Virus record (IMG/VR): IMGVR_UViG_3300010885_040738
Coordinates: 29,185-93,184 of that record
DNA length: 64,000 nt
Source: a virus
Strand: one strand, 5' to 3'
Shown here: positions 18,290 to 28,731 of the stretch, one piece after another
Numbering within the stretch: the first letter of the stretch is position 1
Layout: the number at the start of each line of letters is the position of its first letter
Translations under genes and position numbers: made by a program
The notes under the pieces: generated by a model
Databases searched by the model: none
Told to the model about the DNA's origin: nothing
Seen by the model: the letters and a program-made list of their open reading frames with translations, nothing else

Positions 18290-18537
18290 TGCCAGAGATC
18301 AAGAACACGAAAAAGCAAGCCTGCGGCAACTTTCACTGCGATGCCCGTGCATGGGATGCCTACATTCAGTGCTGGCCCTTCGACGCGAAGATGTGTTCTC
18401 ATTGCGGCGACGTCTGGGTTGGTTGGGGCTGGCTAAAGCAGGCGGTATTTAACGTGTTTTTCAGCTGGTGGTGGTCCGGTGCCGTGCTGGTTAATTGCGG
18501 TGAAAATGAGATTGATGTTGACGCCGGGCAGGATTAG
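18289..18537 (+). CDS. Small Cys/Trp-rich protein
   Basis: TAATG coupling; CxxxxC and CxxC motifs. Confidence 0.5.
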   Translation: MPEIKNTKKQACGNFHCDARAWDAYIQCWPFDAKMCSHCGDVWVGWGWLKQAVFNVFFSWWWSGAVLVNCGENEIDVDAGQD

Positions 18538-18594
18538 GACACTACCCCCTTTCTTTTGTGCAAGATTGTAGTAGACTCTCAGTAACGACCATTT

Positions 18595-20115
18595 ATGGAA
18601 TTCAATAGCACATCAGACATGCTTTCGGCGATCCCGGCAGACATCATGGGGGACCTCGCGGCCCCGCCTGTTGCAGATGCCGGCGGTTCCGGCCAGGATG
18701 AAGGGTATCTTGGCAATGAGCCTGATGATGCCGCTGACCCCGTAGATGACGGCGTAATTGACGACTCGCCGGTTGACGATGAGACTGAAGACGAAGCCGA
18801 CGAGCCGACTGACGATGAGCCTGCCGAGGAGCCTGCTAATGAAGAGCCGGTTGCGGATGCGAAAGTTGCGAAAGATGACGCGAAGCCGGCGGAAGATCTC
18901 CCGGAAGGTGTAAGCCGCGGGAAGGACCGCTCGGGCAAACCCGGCCTGTTCGTTAAAGAAGCCCGATGGGAAGTGATCCACGGGAATCATAAGCTGGCGC
19001 AGGATGCTGCGGCCCTGATCGGTGAGCCATTGACGCTGGACGCGCTCAAGACGCGGGAAGCCGCGCTGGTGGCAAACGATCGGCTATGGAATGACTTGGC
19101 GTCCGGAGATGCCACGGTTCAGGGCAATGTCGTAGACGCTTTCCTTGAGCAGATGAAGTCGGCCGTTGAGTCTGGCGAAGTTGCGGGAGACCCATCGGTT
19201 TCATTTGCAACCGTGATGTACGAGAAGCTTCGCGATAGTGCGCCGGATGCGTATGCGTCCCTGCGTCTGCAGGCCGCTAAGGATTTGATGTCGGAGATGT
19301 ACGCTGAGGCTGCTTCTCTGGGCAATGTTGACCTGTCACGGTCGATGAACTATCTCGCCATGCAAATGGCCGGCGTAAAACCAAAAGACGCCAGCATGAC
19401 TCCTGAACAGTACGTTGACTACGCAAGGTCGACGGTGAAGGATGCTGGCCTGCCGTTTTACGGTGACGACGAATTACCCGCTCTGGCCGCAAAGCCAGGG
19501 CCCGCTGCTGACCCGCGGGACCGGCGCATTGCCGAGTTGGAAGCCAAGGTTAATCAGGGTACACAGGGCGATCCTGCTGCACAGCATAAAGCCTGGCGTG
19601 ATACCCACGTGAAAGAAGTAAATACTGCGCTTTTTGACGACGCCATAACACCGGCCTTGGCGACCGTCCAGAAGTCGTGGGAGAAATTCCCGCAAGATTA
19701 TGATCGCCTCGTGGTCAAGCCGCTGCACAGCGAAGTCCGCGACGTGATTCGTAAAGATGCGGCATTCAACCAAAGGGTTGGCGAGTTACAGGCCCGAGCT
19801 CAGCGTGCGGCATCTGCAGAGGTGCGCACCAGAATCGGCGACCAAATCCGTCAGGCTTTTGTAAATCGTGGCAAGCTGGCAGTGGAACAGGTCAAAGGAC
19901 CAATTCTGCAGTTTGCCGTGGACTCGCTGAAGGGCCGAAGCGAAACAACTCACCAGCGCCGTGAAGGCGCTCAACAACGCACCGCCCCGAAGGGCAGTAG
20001 CGCACCGGTTCGCACCTCGGCCGTCCCTGATATTCCGCAGTTCGCGAATAACACGTTCGACCCAAAGGTAGCAGCAAGTCAGGCAGCAAAGTACTTGGCT
20101 TCACTGCGAAACTAA
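18595..20115 (+). CDS. Probable capsid scaffolding protein
   Basis: Very acidic disordered N-terminus and helical body; immediately upstream of the MCP. Confidence 0.7.
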   Translation: MEFNSTSDMLSAIPADIMGDLAAPPVADAGGSGQDEGYLGNEPDDAADPVDDGVIDDSPVDDETEDEADEPTDDEPAEEPANEEPVADAKVAKDDAKPAEDLPEGVSRGKDRSGKPGLFVKEARWEVIHGNHKLAQDAAALIGEPLTLDALKTREAALVANDRLWNDLASGDATVQGNVVDAFLEQMKSAVESGEVAGDPSVSFATVMYEKLRDSAPDAYASLRLQAAKDLMSEMYAEAASLGNVDLSRSMNYLAMQMAGVKPKDASMTPEQYVDYARSTVKDAGLPFYGDDELPALAAKPGPAADPRDRRIAELEAKVNQGTQGDPAAQHKAWRDTHVKEVNTALFDDAITPALATVQKSWEKFPQDYDRLVVKPLHSEVRDVIRKDAAFNQRVGELQARAQRAASAEVRTRIGDQIRQAFVNRGKLAVEQVKGPILQFAVDSLKGRSETTHQRREGAQQRTAPKGSSAPVRTSAVPDIPQFANNTFDPKVAASQAAKYLASLRN

Positions 20116-20155
20116 CCGGCCTACGTCTCACGAGCAGGTGCGTGAGGATACTAAA

Positions 20156-21433
20156 TTGGCTTCAAATACGCTTTGGCAGCAGTCCGAGATCGTTCGGACA
20201 AAGCTTTTTCCTTTCTGGGCAACTGCGGACTTCAAGGTCCTCACCGATTTCATCGCAAAAGGCGAAGTGGAAATCGTCGGAGAACGCGATTACCGCATCC
20301 CGTTTAAGACCACGTTTGGTGGCCGAGTAGGTCACTACGACAATCAGCTTGGCGACATGGGGCGCGGTTCGTCTCCCCAGGGCAACGTCATGCTGCAGTC
20401 GTTCTACAGCCTGCGCATCAACTTCGAGTTTGACATGATGCAGATCAAGGCAACGACCAGCAAGAAGCAGGCTGTTCAGAATCCTTTCGTTCAGTGCATC
20501 TCGGAAGGCTTCCGCGAATTCGAGCTGATCTGGGACAAGATCATTCACGGCAACGGCACCGCCGTCCTCGGGACTTCCAATGCCTACTCAACCGGCACCG
20601 GCGTTTCGGTCTACACCCTGACCAACACGTTTGGCGTCCAGTTGCTCCGTCGCGGCCAGTTCTACACGATCTACGATTCGACCCTCACCACGGTCAAGTC
20701 CAACGGCGTGCTTTACGCGGCTCAGATCAACACTCAGGCGCGCACGCTGACCATGAGCGGCATCGTTCCCGGCGGCGCGTCCGGCGATCTGATCTGCTTT
20801 GAAGGTGTCACCGGTGCGACTCCGGCCGGCCCCCGCGGCTTGGCTTACTGGGTCTCTGCGGCCGCTTCCGGAACCACGGCCGGCATCAACCGGGCGACGG
20901 AAAACCAGATCATCTCGAAGTCGGTCTCCGGCACCAACGGGCTGACGGTCGACGTGGTCATGGCGCTTCACGATCGCATCCAGATGGATCGCGGCGAAGT
21001 TCCCAACTTGATGGGTGTCGTCGGCAACGCGCAGCGCGCCTACGCCTACACCCAGATGGAAGCCATCCAGATGTCGCTGATCGAAAACGGCGACAAGCAG
21101 GCCGGTCTGTTCGACCGCTTGCCCAAGCTGAAGGGCAAGAAGTTCTTCATGTGGGGTGACGTTCCGCACTACGTTGACATCCATGCGGATGCGACCACTG
21201 CGTACTACGTCTGCCCCGAAGACTTTGGCCGCGCCCAGCTCGCTCCCACCGGGTTCTTCGAGACTCCCGGCAAGAGCGGTCAGGATGCTCGCTTCATCCA
21301 GCTTTACGGCTCGTCCGGTGGCCCGGCAGCGGGTGTCTGGTTCGGCATGACCAAGGACCAGGACATTTACTGCACAAATTCCGGCCAGCAGGGTTTAGTC
21401 ACATCCCTTCCGCTCGGGTCGCTTTACGCCTAA
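20156..21433 (+). CDS. Major capsid protein (probable TTG start)
   Basis: About 425 aa, strong C-ending codon bias, after the scaffold and followed by a terminator; GAGG SD before TTG at 20156. Confidence 0.8.
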   Translation: MASNTLWQQSEIVRTKLFPFWATADFKVLTDFIAKGEVEIVGERDYRIPFKTTFGGRVGHYDNQLGDMGRGSSPQGNVMLQSFYSLRINFEFDMMQIKATTSKKQAVQNPFVQCISEGFREFELIWDKIIHGNGTAVLGTSNAYSTGTGVSVYTLTNTFGVQLLRRGQFYTIYDSTLTTVKSNGVLYAAQINTQARTLTMSGIVPGGASGDLICFEGVTGATPAGPRGLAYWVSAAASGTTAGINRATENQIISKSVSGTNGLTVDVVMALHDRIQMDRGEVPNLMGVVGNAQRAYAYTQMEAIQMSLIENGDKQAGLFDRLPKLKGKKFFMWGDVPHYVDIHADATTAYYVCPEDFGRAQLAPTGFFETPGKSGQDARFIQLYGSSGGPAAGVWFGMTKDQDIYCTNSGQQGLVTSLPLGSLYA

Positions 21434-21445
21434 GCGGTTTCTCTC

Positions 21446-21479
21446 GGGAGGGGGTCGCAAGGCCCCCTCTCTTTCTTTT
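21446..21479 (+). terminator. Rho-independent terminator after the MCP
   Basis: gggagggggtc-GCAA-ggccccctctc followed by TTTCTTTT. Confidence 0.85.
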
Positions 21480-21495
21480 GATTTGGAAAGGCACC

Positions 21496-21630
21496 ATGCA
21501 GTCAGAAACGCCACTCTCGGAACAAGTAACGGAAGCGATGCAGGTCGCTGATGCGGCCATGGCGGCCGACATGCAGAGCGTAATCACTCGCGCAAACGCT
21601 GAGGACGGGGAGCAACCGGATAATGCGTAA
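21496..21630 (+). CDS. 44-aa acidic peptide
   Basis: MQSETPLSEQVTEAMQVAD...; AAGG SD; overlaps the next start codon. Confidence 0.45.
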   Translation: MQSETPLSEQVTEAMQVADAAMAADMQSVITRANAEDGEQPDNA

Positions 21631-22234
21631 CGCAATAGTAGACCACCTGAACCGTCGCCTTGGCGAATCGCTGGGGTACGTCAACTGCGGCACGCTTCCG
21701 CGCTTTGCCTGGAAGTGGGCCCCTGACGAATCTCATTTTGTTTACGACAGCGACAATCGTACTGTAGTCAGGAAGACGTGGGCGGACCGACTGGCGGCCG
21801 ACGGGAAGCCGATTGGACGGGCGTGGGTCTTGGCGCAGTGGAAGCCGACAAAGATTGCGGACCATTGCGGATTCGGTGAAGGCATTCGCCTGGCTGTCAC
21901 GGCGAGCGCAAAGTATCAGCCTCAGTTTGAAACGGTTCTGCCCATAGGCGTGACGCCGACGGAAGAACTGAACCAGAATTATATCTGGGCTCTGGACTTT
22001 CAACTACAGAACTCGGCTGAGCACAACCCTTACGCCATGGCGAATGCACTGGCGGAGGAGAAGTACGAGGACGATGTGAACGAAGCTCAGAACGCGAAAG
22101 AGTTCCGCGAATCGTCGCTTGCGCAGTACGACAACTACGTCGGCGCGTTTGGAAACTGTTCACCTGGTACCGCCGGCGGCTTCATGTCATTTGGCGGATT
22201 CGACAACAAAAACCCGGCTGCTGCGGCGGCCTAG
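21623..22234 (+). CDS. Hypothetical virion-module protein
   Basis: Position within the late operon. Confidence 0.65.
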   Translation: MRNAIVDHLNRRLGESLGYVNCGTLPRFAWKWAPDESHFVYDSDNRTVVRKTWADRLAADGKPIGRAWVLAQWKPTKIADHCGFGEGIRLAVTASAKYQPQFETVLPIGVTPTEELNQNYIWALDFQLQNSAEHNPYAMANALAEEKYEDDVNEAQNAKEFRESSLAQYDNYVGAFGNCSPGTAGGFMSFGGFDNKNPAAAAA

Positions 22235-22254
22235 AGAAAGAGTAAACGTCTAAT

Positions 22255-23025
22255 ATGACCTGCAAAATCGCATCAGTACACTTCGTACCAGTTCTTGCTG
22301 TCCGGAACTACAGGGGAGACCCGTTCATGCTGGGTGCTATTGACAAGCCTGGCGCAAACCCGGTCATTCTGGAGCTTGATGACATGGCCCAGCGGGATTC
22401 TCAGCCGTACAATGGCCAGCCGTATCGCATGCCAATCACGTATCCGGTCATGGGTGAGGAGATTGCACGCGATCTGGTTCAGGAATGGACGGAGCGCGGC
22501 CTGATGATGAGCCAGGGTTGCCACCCGGGAATCTGGGTCGTGCGCCAGCATATCCCTATCATGAATGAGGACCCGCAAAGCGGCGCCGCGATTGCCGCAT
22601 TGGATGTTTTTGGCAAGCAGAAGTTTCGTCCGGCGACGCTCGAAGAGATTCAGCAGATGTGGGACGAGGATCTGGCTGCGGCACGCGCTGCAGATCTTGC
22701 CTACGCGAACGAGTGCTTCATTGCCGGGCAGAAAATTGCATCTGACGTCCGCACGGCTCACCTTGTTCCGAAGACGTACAAAACAGCGGCGATTTTCTAC
22801 GGCATGGAAGCTAACTGGTCTCGGCTTGGCGCGACGGCGCTGAACACCAGTTGCCCACATTGCGGCAAGCCGACGTCGAAACTGAACTTCATTTGCGCAA
22901 GCTGCAGCCAGCCGACGGATCTGGAACGGTGGGCTGAGTTTACGGCAAGGAAGCAGGCAGCGCTGGACGCTGTGGCTTCCCGCTTTATGAGCGCTCCGGC
23001 AGCGCAGCCAGCGATGGCCCAGTAA
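22255..23025 (+). CDS. Hypothetical protein with a C-terminal Zn ribbon
   Basis: CPHCG...CASC. Confidence 0.65.
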   Translation: MTCKIASVHFVPVLAVRNYRGDPFMLGAIDKPGANPVILELDDMAQRDSQPYNGQPYRMPITYPVMGEEIARDLVQEWTERGLMMSQGCHPGIWVVRQHIPIMNEDPQSGAAIAALDVFGKQKFRPATLEEIQQMWDEDLAAARAADLAYANECFIAGQKIASDVRTAHLVPKTYKTAAIFYGMEANWSRLGATALNTSCPHCGKPTSKLNFICASCSQPTDLERWAEFTARKQAALDAVASRFMSAPAAQPAMAQ

Positions 23026-23026
23026 A

Positions 23027-24037
23027 ATGGCATTTCCAACCAGGCTACAGGTTAAGCAGAGATTTTGGTCTTTGCTGGACGACCCTGCCGGCGTTGTCTA
23101 CACGGACGCGCCGGGGCCTGGTGGGAGCCCCAGCCTATTTCAGAATGCGTTCAGCGAGGCGTACGACGTTCTGTACAGCACTATGCTGGGGCAGCAGGTC
23201 ACTCGGGTTGAACAGGTAGTTGACGGCATCATTGTCCCCGTTGGGACGACTTCTATGTCGCCAGCGGAAATGGGGATTACGGATTTCGCGGATTTTGACT
23301 GGATCTCAGAACGCTCGGCTGGCAGCACTGAGAAGTTTATTGACCTCGTGGGTGAGGACCGCCTGACGCAGCGTGCGCAGACAGATCGTCTGATCGAGAC
23401 AGTGTTTCAGGATGGCGCGTTCAAGTTTGTTGGCGCCACGACCGTTCGCGAGCTCCAAATGAAGTACATTGCGTCAGGTTCGGCCCCGACCCTTGATGCG
23501 ACCGAGATCCGGATTGATTCGTCGCTCAACTTCTTGGCGAACTATGCAGCTGGCACTGTCGGCAGCAATAAAGGGTACGAGCAAATGGCGGCCAAGTGCA
23601 TGCTCAATGCTGTCGGGCCACGGTTTGCAAATGGCGGGGGCCCGGGCGGGATGTTGTTCTATTTGATCCAGCCCTTGGTCCGGAGCCGTCAGAACGTACC
23701 CGTGGCTCACAAGCCCTACACGACAGCGCGCCGGATCGGTGTCGGGCGCAGGACTGTCCCCTACGTGGCCGCGCAAGCCGGCACCACCGGTGGAGGCGCG
23801 CAGAACGTGCCGGTGCAGTATTCCAGCGTTGGTGGCGGCATCAGTGGTGACATTGACGGCGTGAACGCGACGTTCTGGTTGCCGGTCCCCGTGCTGAGTT
23901 TCAATCTCTACCTGAATGGTGATTTCCAGCCGCTGAACGTGGCGTACACAGCTCTCAACAACCAGTTCACTTTCGTCGGCTCCGTTCCGCAAGTCGGAGA
24001 TACAATTACCGCCGAAGTTTGGGTTGCTTACCAGTAA
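23027..24037 (+). CDS. Putative head-tail adaptor with a C-terminal beta-repeat domain
   Basis: Adaptor-like N-terminus; the C-terminal GDIDGVNATF..LYLNG..PQVGDTIT module is shared with the ORFs at 25861 and 26577. Confidence 0.55.
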   Translation: MAFPTRLQVKQRFWSLLDDPAGVVYTDAPGPGGSPSLFQNAFSEAYDVLYSTMLGQQVTRVEQVVDGIIVPVGTTSMSPAEMGITDFADFDWISERSAGSTEKFIDLVGEDRLTQRAQTDRLIETVFQDGAFKFVGATTVRELQMKYIASGSAPTLDATEIRIDSSLNFLANYAAGTVGSNKGYEQMAAKCMLNAVGPRFANGGGPGGMLFYLIQPLVRSRQNVPVAHKPYTTARRIGVGRRTVPYVAAQAGTTGGGAQNVPVQYSSVGGGISGDIDGVNATFWLPVPVLSFNLYLNGDFQPLNVAYTALNNQFTFVGSVPQVGDTITAEVWVAYQ

Positions 24038-24084
24038 GGCGTAGTCCCGTGGCGTCTGCCTGTTTTCGCTGGTAGAATAGGCCC

Positions 24085-25569
24085 ATGATCAAACGCACGA
24101 TTTTGGCGCTGACTGCCATGGCCGTCAGCCTGTTCGCACAGACATCAACCTTCCCGACGGCCGTCGCCACTGACGCTGACCTCAAGGTTCAGGTAAACGG
24201 CACTCAAACCACTCTGACCGCGGCACTTAGCGCCGTAGCCACTAGCACGACAGTCTCCAGTTGCACTCGCATCGGGCCGAATATGCTGGCGACCATCAAC
24301 ACCGAGATCATCGCAATTGCCAACTGTCTCGGGACCACGCTCACTTTCGCGACTACCTCGCCTGGCTGCACGAATGGCAGGGCCTGCGACAATTCGACGG
24401 CCGCCGCACATGCCTCTGGAGCCAACGTCAGCCTGTTTGCCGATGCGTGGCACCACAACGCCTTGCGCGTGCAGGTGGAGGCTATCCAAACCGCTTTGTA
24501 CAGAGGTGCCAGCCCGACGTGGGCCAATATCACGTCGAACGCGAATGTCAACGCAAAGGCTTTCAACTTTTACGACAACACAGGGGAGGTGATCGATTTT
24601 GGCCACTTCGGCATGGACGCGAAGGTTAACGCTATTGACAAAGAACTATATATCAGAGACACTGCCGGAGCGGTAATGTTGACGTTGAGGTCTAGCGGCA
24701 GCGCTTACATTGGTTCAGTGCTAAACTTCGTTGTCGGCAGCAACCTCAGTGAGAAAAACCTGCAGGTTTACGGCACGGTCACGGCGACAGGTACGGTTTC
24801 TTCATCACGCAGTACGGCCGGTAGCGCTATATCCGGGACAACGACCTATGCGGACCCGGCGGCGTACGGCGTGTATGGGTCATCGACAAACGGCGCCGGT
24901 ATTTACGGCGTTTCACTTTATGGAACTGGCGTCAAGGGTTCTGGCTCGACTTATGGCGTGTATGGGTCGTCCACATCAGGCAATGGCGTTTTTGGTATAG
25001 ACACTGCAGGCGGAGCAGGCGTAACTGGAAGCAGCGATGCTGGCTATGGCCTTCGCGGCCTGTCTGATTCCGGGGTAGCGATCATTGCCTCAAGCGTTTC
25101 AGGTGTGGCCCTTTCTGTCACCAGAAACAATAGCGGCCCAGCCGTAACGATTACGACAACTGCAAGCGGCAGCGGCATTTTAGTAAACGCTGCAAATAGC
25201 ACGGTAATTACCGGCACTACAGGTTCATCGACATCCGCAGTTCTGATTGATAGCGGCGGCACTTGCACGATCCGTGCGTCGGCAGGTATTGCCTGCGTTT
25301 CCGACGGGCGGAACAAAAAAGATGTGCGACCAGTCCCATCTTCCCTCGCCAAGGTTCTCCGCTTAAAACCGGTTGAGTACAACATGATAAGCGATGGCCA
25401 GCATGCCGTCGGGCTTATTGCGCAGGAAGTGCAGAAACAGTTTCCCCAAGCTGTGCAGGAGACAGAAGACGGGAAACTGACTCTTTCCTACCAGCAATTG
25501 TTTCCGTACCTGTTGAAGGCAGTGCAGGAGCAGCAGGTTGAGATCAACAGGCTGAAGGCTCGCAAATGA
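24085..25569 (+). CDS. Tail fibre with a C-terminal S74 intramolecular chaperone and an N-terminal Sec-type signal peptide
   Basis: MIKRTILALTAMAVSLFA|Q; GVYG repeats; SDGRNKKDV..LKPVEY..GLIAQEV..FP..V..LSY..L..AVQEQ. Confidence 0.85.
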   Translation: MIKRTILALTAMAVSLFAQTSTFPTAVATDADLKVQVNGTQTTLTAALSAVATSTTVSSCTRIGPNMLATINTEIIAIANCLGTTLTFATTSPGCTNGRACDNSTAAAHASGANVSLFADAWHHNALRVQVEAIQTALYRGASPTWANITSNANVNAKAFNFYDNTGEVIDFGHFGMDAKVNAIDKELYIRDTAGAVMLTLRSSGSAYIGSVLNFVVGSNLSEKNLQVYGTVTATGTVSSSRSTAGSAISGTTTYADPAAYGVYGSSTNGAGIYGVSLYGTGVKGSGSTYGVYGSSTSGNGVFGIDTAGGAGVTGSSDAGYGLRGLSDSGVAIIASSVSGVALSVTRNNSGPAVTITTTASGSGILVNAANSTVITGTTGSSTSAVLIDSGGTCTIRASAGIACVSDGRNKKDVRPVPSSLAKVLRLKPVEYNMISDGQHAVGLIAQEVQKQFPQAVQETEDGKLTLSYQQLFPYLLKAVQEQQVEINRLKARK

Positions 25570-25859
25570 AGGTAGTGGCCCTTGCTTTGCTGGCTATGGT
25601 CTTATATGCGCAGACACCAGCGCCTGCCCCCAAAAACGTCCCGACGGATCTTTCAAACGATTACTTTGCCGCCTACGCTGAGACGTTGAGCATCCGCGAA
25701 ATGCTGTCGAGGTCGGATGCGGAAATGCGCGCCGCCTACGCAGCCATGCAGGCGTACTGCAAAGGCGACGTAATCATGAATCCGGAGAACAAGCGGCGGT
25801 TCGTGTGTAAGCCCGAGCCAGCAGCCGCACCCCCCCCGCCGGAGCCAGCCAGGAAATAA
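25566..25859 (+). CDS. Small signal-peptide protein (possible fibre assembly chaperone)
   Basis: MKVVALALLAMVLYA|Q; coiled coil; two Cys. Confidence 0.65.
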   Translation: MKVVALALLAMVLYAQTPAPAPKNVPTDLSNDYFAAYAETLSIREMLSRSDAEMRAAYAAMQAYCKGDVIMNPENKRRFVCKPEPAAAPPPPEPARK

Positions 25860-25860
25860 A

Positions 25861-26577
25861 ATGCCAGCTTACTTGCCAGGGACAGGGCTACCGGGGCAGA
25901 TCGTCCCCGGGTTTGACCCGTACGACACGCCGGTTATCCCGGGCGAGTACGTGCCTGCAGCGCAGGTTGCGACGATATCAACGCCGCTGGCCTCGCCGCC
26001 GCAGCAGTTCACGAACGTTGAAACGCTGATCAACGGTGGCTACCTCAGTCCACGGGTTCTGCTCTTCATCAACAACAGGCCCATCACGGCGACGGCCGTA
26101 TTGCCTGGACAGTCGCTGCCCGGGACATCGCTCCCAGGGTACGCACCAGTGCCGTACGGACGCCTTCTGACCGAAGGTCTTGACTACACAATTACCGGTG
26201 GAGTTGTGACGATGGCATTTCCGCCGACAGGGGCTGATATGCTGACAGCCGTTGTATTTTCGCCGGGCAAAGCGCTTGGCGGCCCACTGCCGACGCGGTT
26301 TATTGCTCCATGGCAGTTGCCACTACCGCTTTCCGGGCTCTATGACGGAGTCTCGACGCTTTACCGCGTAGTCTTTAGCCGCACTATCTTCGGCGTTCTG
26401 GATGGCGTGAACAAAGTGTTTACGTGGGGCGTGCAGGTCCGCAAGGCTTCAATCTTTGTGAATGGGAAAATGCAGACAATGACACGCAGCGTGTCCATGG
26501 GGCCGACGGCGATGGTCTTCGCAGCCACGAACATCCCGCAGCCAGGCGACATCATTTCCATGCTGGGGTACCTGTGA
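25861..26577 (+). CDS. Virion structural protein with beta-repeat modules
   Basis: LLTEGLDYTITG.. and GVLDGVNKVF..IFVNG..PQPGD modules. Confidence 0.65.
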   Translation: MPAYLPGTGLPGQIVPGFDPYDTPVIPGEYVPAAQVATISTPLASPPQQFTNVETLINGGYLSPRVLLFINNRPITATAVLPGQSLPGTSLPGYAPVPYGRLLTEGLDYTITGGVVTMAFPPTGADMLTAVVFSPGKALGGPLPTRFIAPWQLPLPLSGLYDGVSTLYRVVFSRTIFGVLDGVNKVFTWGVQVRKASIFVNGKMQTMTRSVSMGPTAMVFAATNIPQPGDIISMLGYL

Positions 26578-28472
26578 TGACGCCGCTTCCGATCCAGTAC
26601 ACAACTTCTGACGCCTCCCTGATCGGCGACGTTGACGGTGCAAACCGTAGCTATTACTTTGTCCCTGTACCGAATCTTTTGCTTTGCAGCGCGACCGGCA
26701 TTCGGTCATTTCTGATGTTCTGGAACGGACTACTGGTTGACCAGCCCGGCGACTACGTGGCGCACAACGGGTACTTCGTCTTTAACTCCTCGGTCCAGTT
26801 CGACACTGCGACGGCGCTGGCGTACACCGACACCGCGCCGTCAATTCTTCGCCTCTCTGACACGTCGATCACTGCCTTTGGAAGCAACTCCCTCCGGATC
26901 TCATTCGGCAACGCCGCATTCGTTGCGCAGCGGCAGTTCGTCCTGTTCCGCAACGGGCTTCGCCTCACCGACGGGCTGGACTACACGTCGTCGGGTCCGT
27001 GGATCAACCTTGTTGCCGGGCAGGAGATTTTGGACGGCGACCAGTATTCGGTTCTCATCGGTCCAGTCGGAACGGCCTGCAGTACCGCCAACGGAACGAT
27101 CACTGGCTTGATAGATGGGCTCAATCTCAACTTTGAAGTTCCTAACACCGGGCCGCTCTGGCTGTTCAAGAATGGCATTTTTTTGACTGAAGGGCTGGAC
27201 TTCAGCAGGTACGAGACGACAGTGAGCCTGCGCGGGCAAGCACCATTGCCGGGGGATACACTGACCGGGCAACTTTTGCCTGCCGGTTATTCATTCACCG
27301 AGCTTTCAACCTTCAGTGATGCTTTCATTTCGAGTCCGGTTGCCACGCAAAGTAACACAGTCGATGGGTCGATAACAGGATCAATAGACGGCTACAACGC
27401 TGCCTTTACAATCCCGGAAGGGTCTCAGAATTTTTGGCTGTTCCGTGATGGGCAGCTTTTGACTAACGACCTCGATTATTCAAGACTTGGTCAGATTGTT
27501 ACTCTGGCAGGAGATCAGGTCCCGATCCCGGGCGATCTCCTGACCGGCCAATCATTCGCCTCCGGGAACATGCTGCAGGCGTCAACGTATGCAGGTTCCA
27601 TCACCGGAACCATTGATGGCGTCAACCCTGACTTCGTCGTCCCTTCGGGGGCCTCAAGCTTATGGCTCTTCAGAAACGGGCAACTGCTTACCCGGGGGCT
27701 GGACTACACACTGGCTGTGGATACCGTTACTCTTTTAGGCACGGCGATCCCCTCTGGCGATGATGTTTTGACGGCCAAATACACCAGCGCCACCTTCTCT
27801 GCGCAAATTTCAACCTTCGACAACTCAATCACTGGGACCATCAATGGCGTCAATGATACATTCACCGTCCCGGATGGATCTGCCGGGATATGGATTTCCC
27901 GTAATGGGCAATTCCTTACCGAATTGGTGGACTACATAAGGGCGGGAGCGGTCATTATCATGTCCCCTTGGCAGATCCCGATAGTTGGCGATGTGCTCAC
28001 AGGGCAGGCATATCAATATGGCCCGTCTGCGGTGTTTTCGGTTTATGGCGGAGGGCTGACATTTTCCGTAGCTGCCGCGTCATGGGTATTCGCCGATGGG
28101 CTGATCCTGCCGCAGCTCGGATCAGCGCAGGCAGACGGGAATAGCATCACGCTAACGGATGCGGCAATCTCAGGCAGCACCATCACTGCAGAGTCATGGG
28201 TGCAAATTGCATCCGAGCCTGAACAGCCGGCGCTCAATTTTGGTACGCAGTACAGTTCAGACGATGGCGGGATCTCCGGCGACATGAATAGCTCAAATGC
28301 GGTGTTCACCATCAACGACAGCGGACTGATCACGCAGGTCATGCTTTTCGTGAATCGCAGGTTTCTGGTTCAGAATCGCGACTACGCTTGGACAGGAAAC
28401 ACAATTACCATGCTGGCAGGCAGTATCCCTGACGCCGGCGACGTCTTTACCTCGATCGTATTCAGCGATTGA
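26577..28472 (+). CDS. Tail/virion protein built from about 7 tandem ~75-aa beta-repeat modules
   Basis: Repeated GSITGxIDGxNxxF...WLFRNGQLLTxGLDY...PxxGDxLT; TGATG coupling places the start at 26577. Confidence 0.75.
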   Translation: MTPLPIQYTTSDASLIGDVDGANRSYYFVPVPNLLLCSATGIRSFLMFWNGLLVDQPGDYVAHNGYFVFNSSVQFDTATALAYTDTAPSILRLSDTSITAFGSNSLRISFGNAAFVAQRQFVLFRNGLRLTDGLDYTSSGPWINLVAGQEILDGDQYSVLIGPVGTACSTANGTITGLIDGLNLNFEVPNTGPLWLFKNGIFLTEGLDFSRYETTVSLRGQAPLPGDTLTGQLLPAGYSFTELSTFSDAFISSPVATQSNTVDGSITGSIDGYNAAFTIPEGSQNFWLFRDGQLLTNDLDYSRLGQIVTLAGDQVPIPGDLLTGQSFASGNMLQASTYAGSITGTIDGVNPDFVVPSGASSLWLFRNGQLLTRGLDYTLAVDTVTLLGTAIPSGDDVLTAKYTSATFSAQISTFDNSITGTINGVNDTFTVPDGSAGIWISRNGQFLTELVDYIRAGAVIIMSPWQIPIVGDVLTGQAYQYGPSAVFSVYGGGLTFSVAAASWVFADGLILPQLGSAQADGNSITLTDAAISGSTITAESWVQIASEPEQPALNFGTQYSSDDGGISGDMNSSNAVFTINDSGLITQVMLFVNRRFLVQNRDYAWTGNTITMLAGSIPDAGDVFTSIVFSD

Positions 28473-28605
28473 CTTGACTAGGTATGACCCAGTTTCCCTT
28501 CGGCCCGCCGGGCTGATACGCTCCGGGAATTCCGCCGCGTTTGAGCCATCGGTAAACCGTCTTTAATGCCACCCCGGCTCGCGCCGCATATTCTTTCGCA
28601 GTCAT
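28462..28605 (-). CDS. Excisionase/MerR-like HTH protein, antisense to the late operon (not in the ORF track)
   Basis: MTAKEYAARAGVALKTVYRWLKRGGIPGAYQPGGPKGNWVIP; TACAAT -10 box 8 nt upstream. Confidence 0.75.
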   Translation of the reverse strand: MTAKEYAARAGVALKTVYRWLKRGGIPGAYQPGGPKGNWVIPSQVNR

Positions 28606-28731
28606 CAAACGTCATTGTATCCCAAATTGAGACATAAGCGGACAGCGGCATGCGCGGCTCGCCGAAATGGTTCTATGCTGAATTCGAGGGTACAACTTTC
28701 TGTGCCCAAGTTCAGATAAGGAGTTTTCCTC

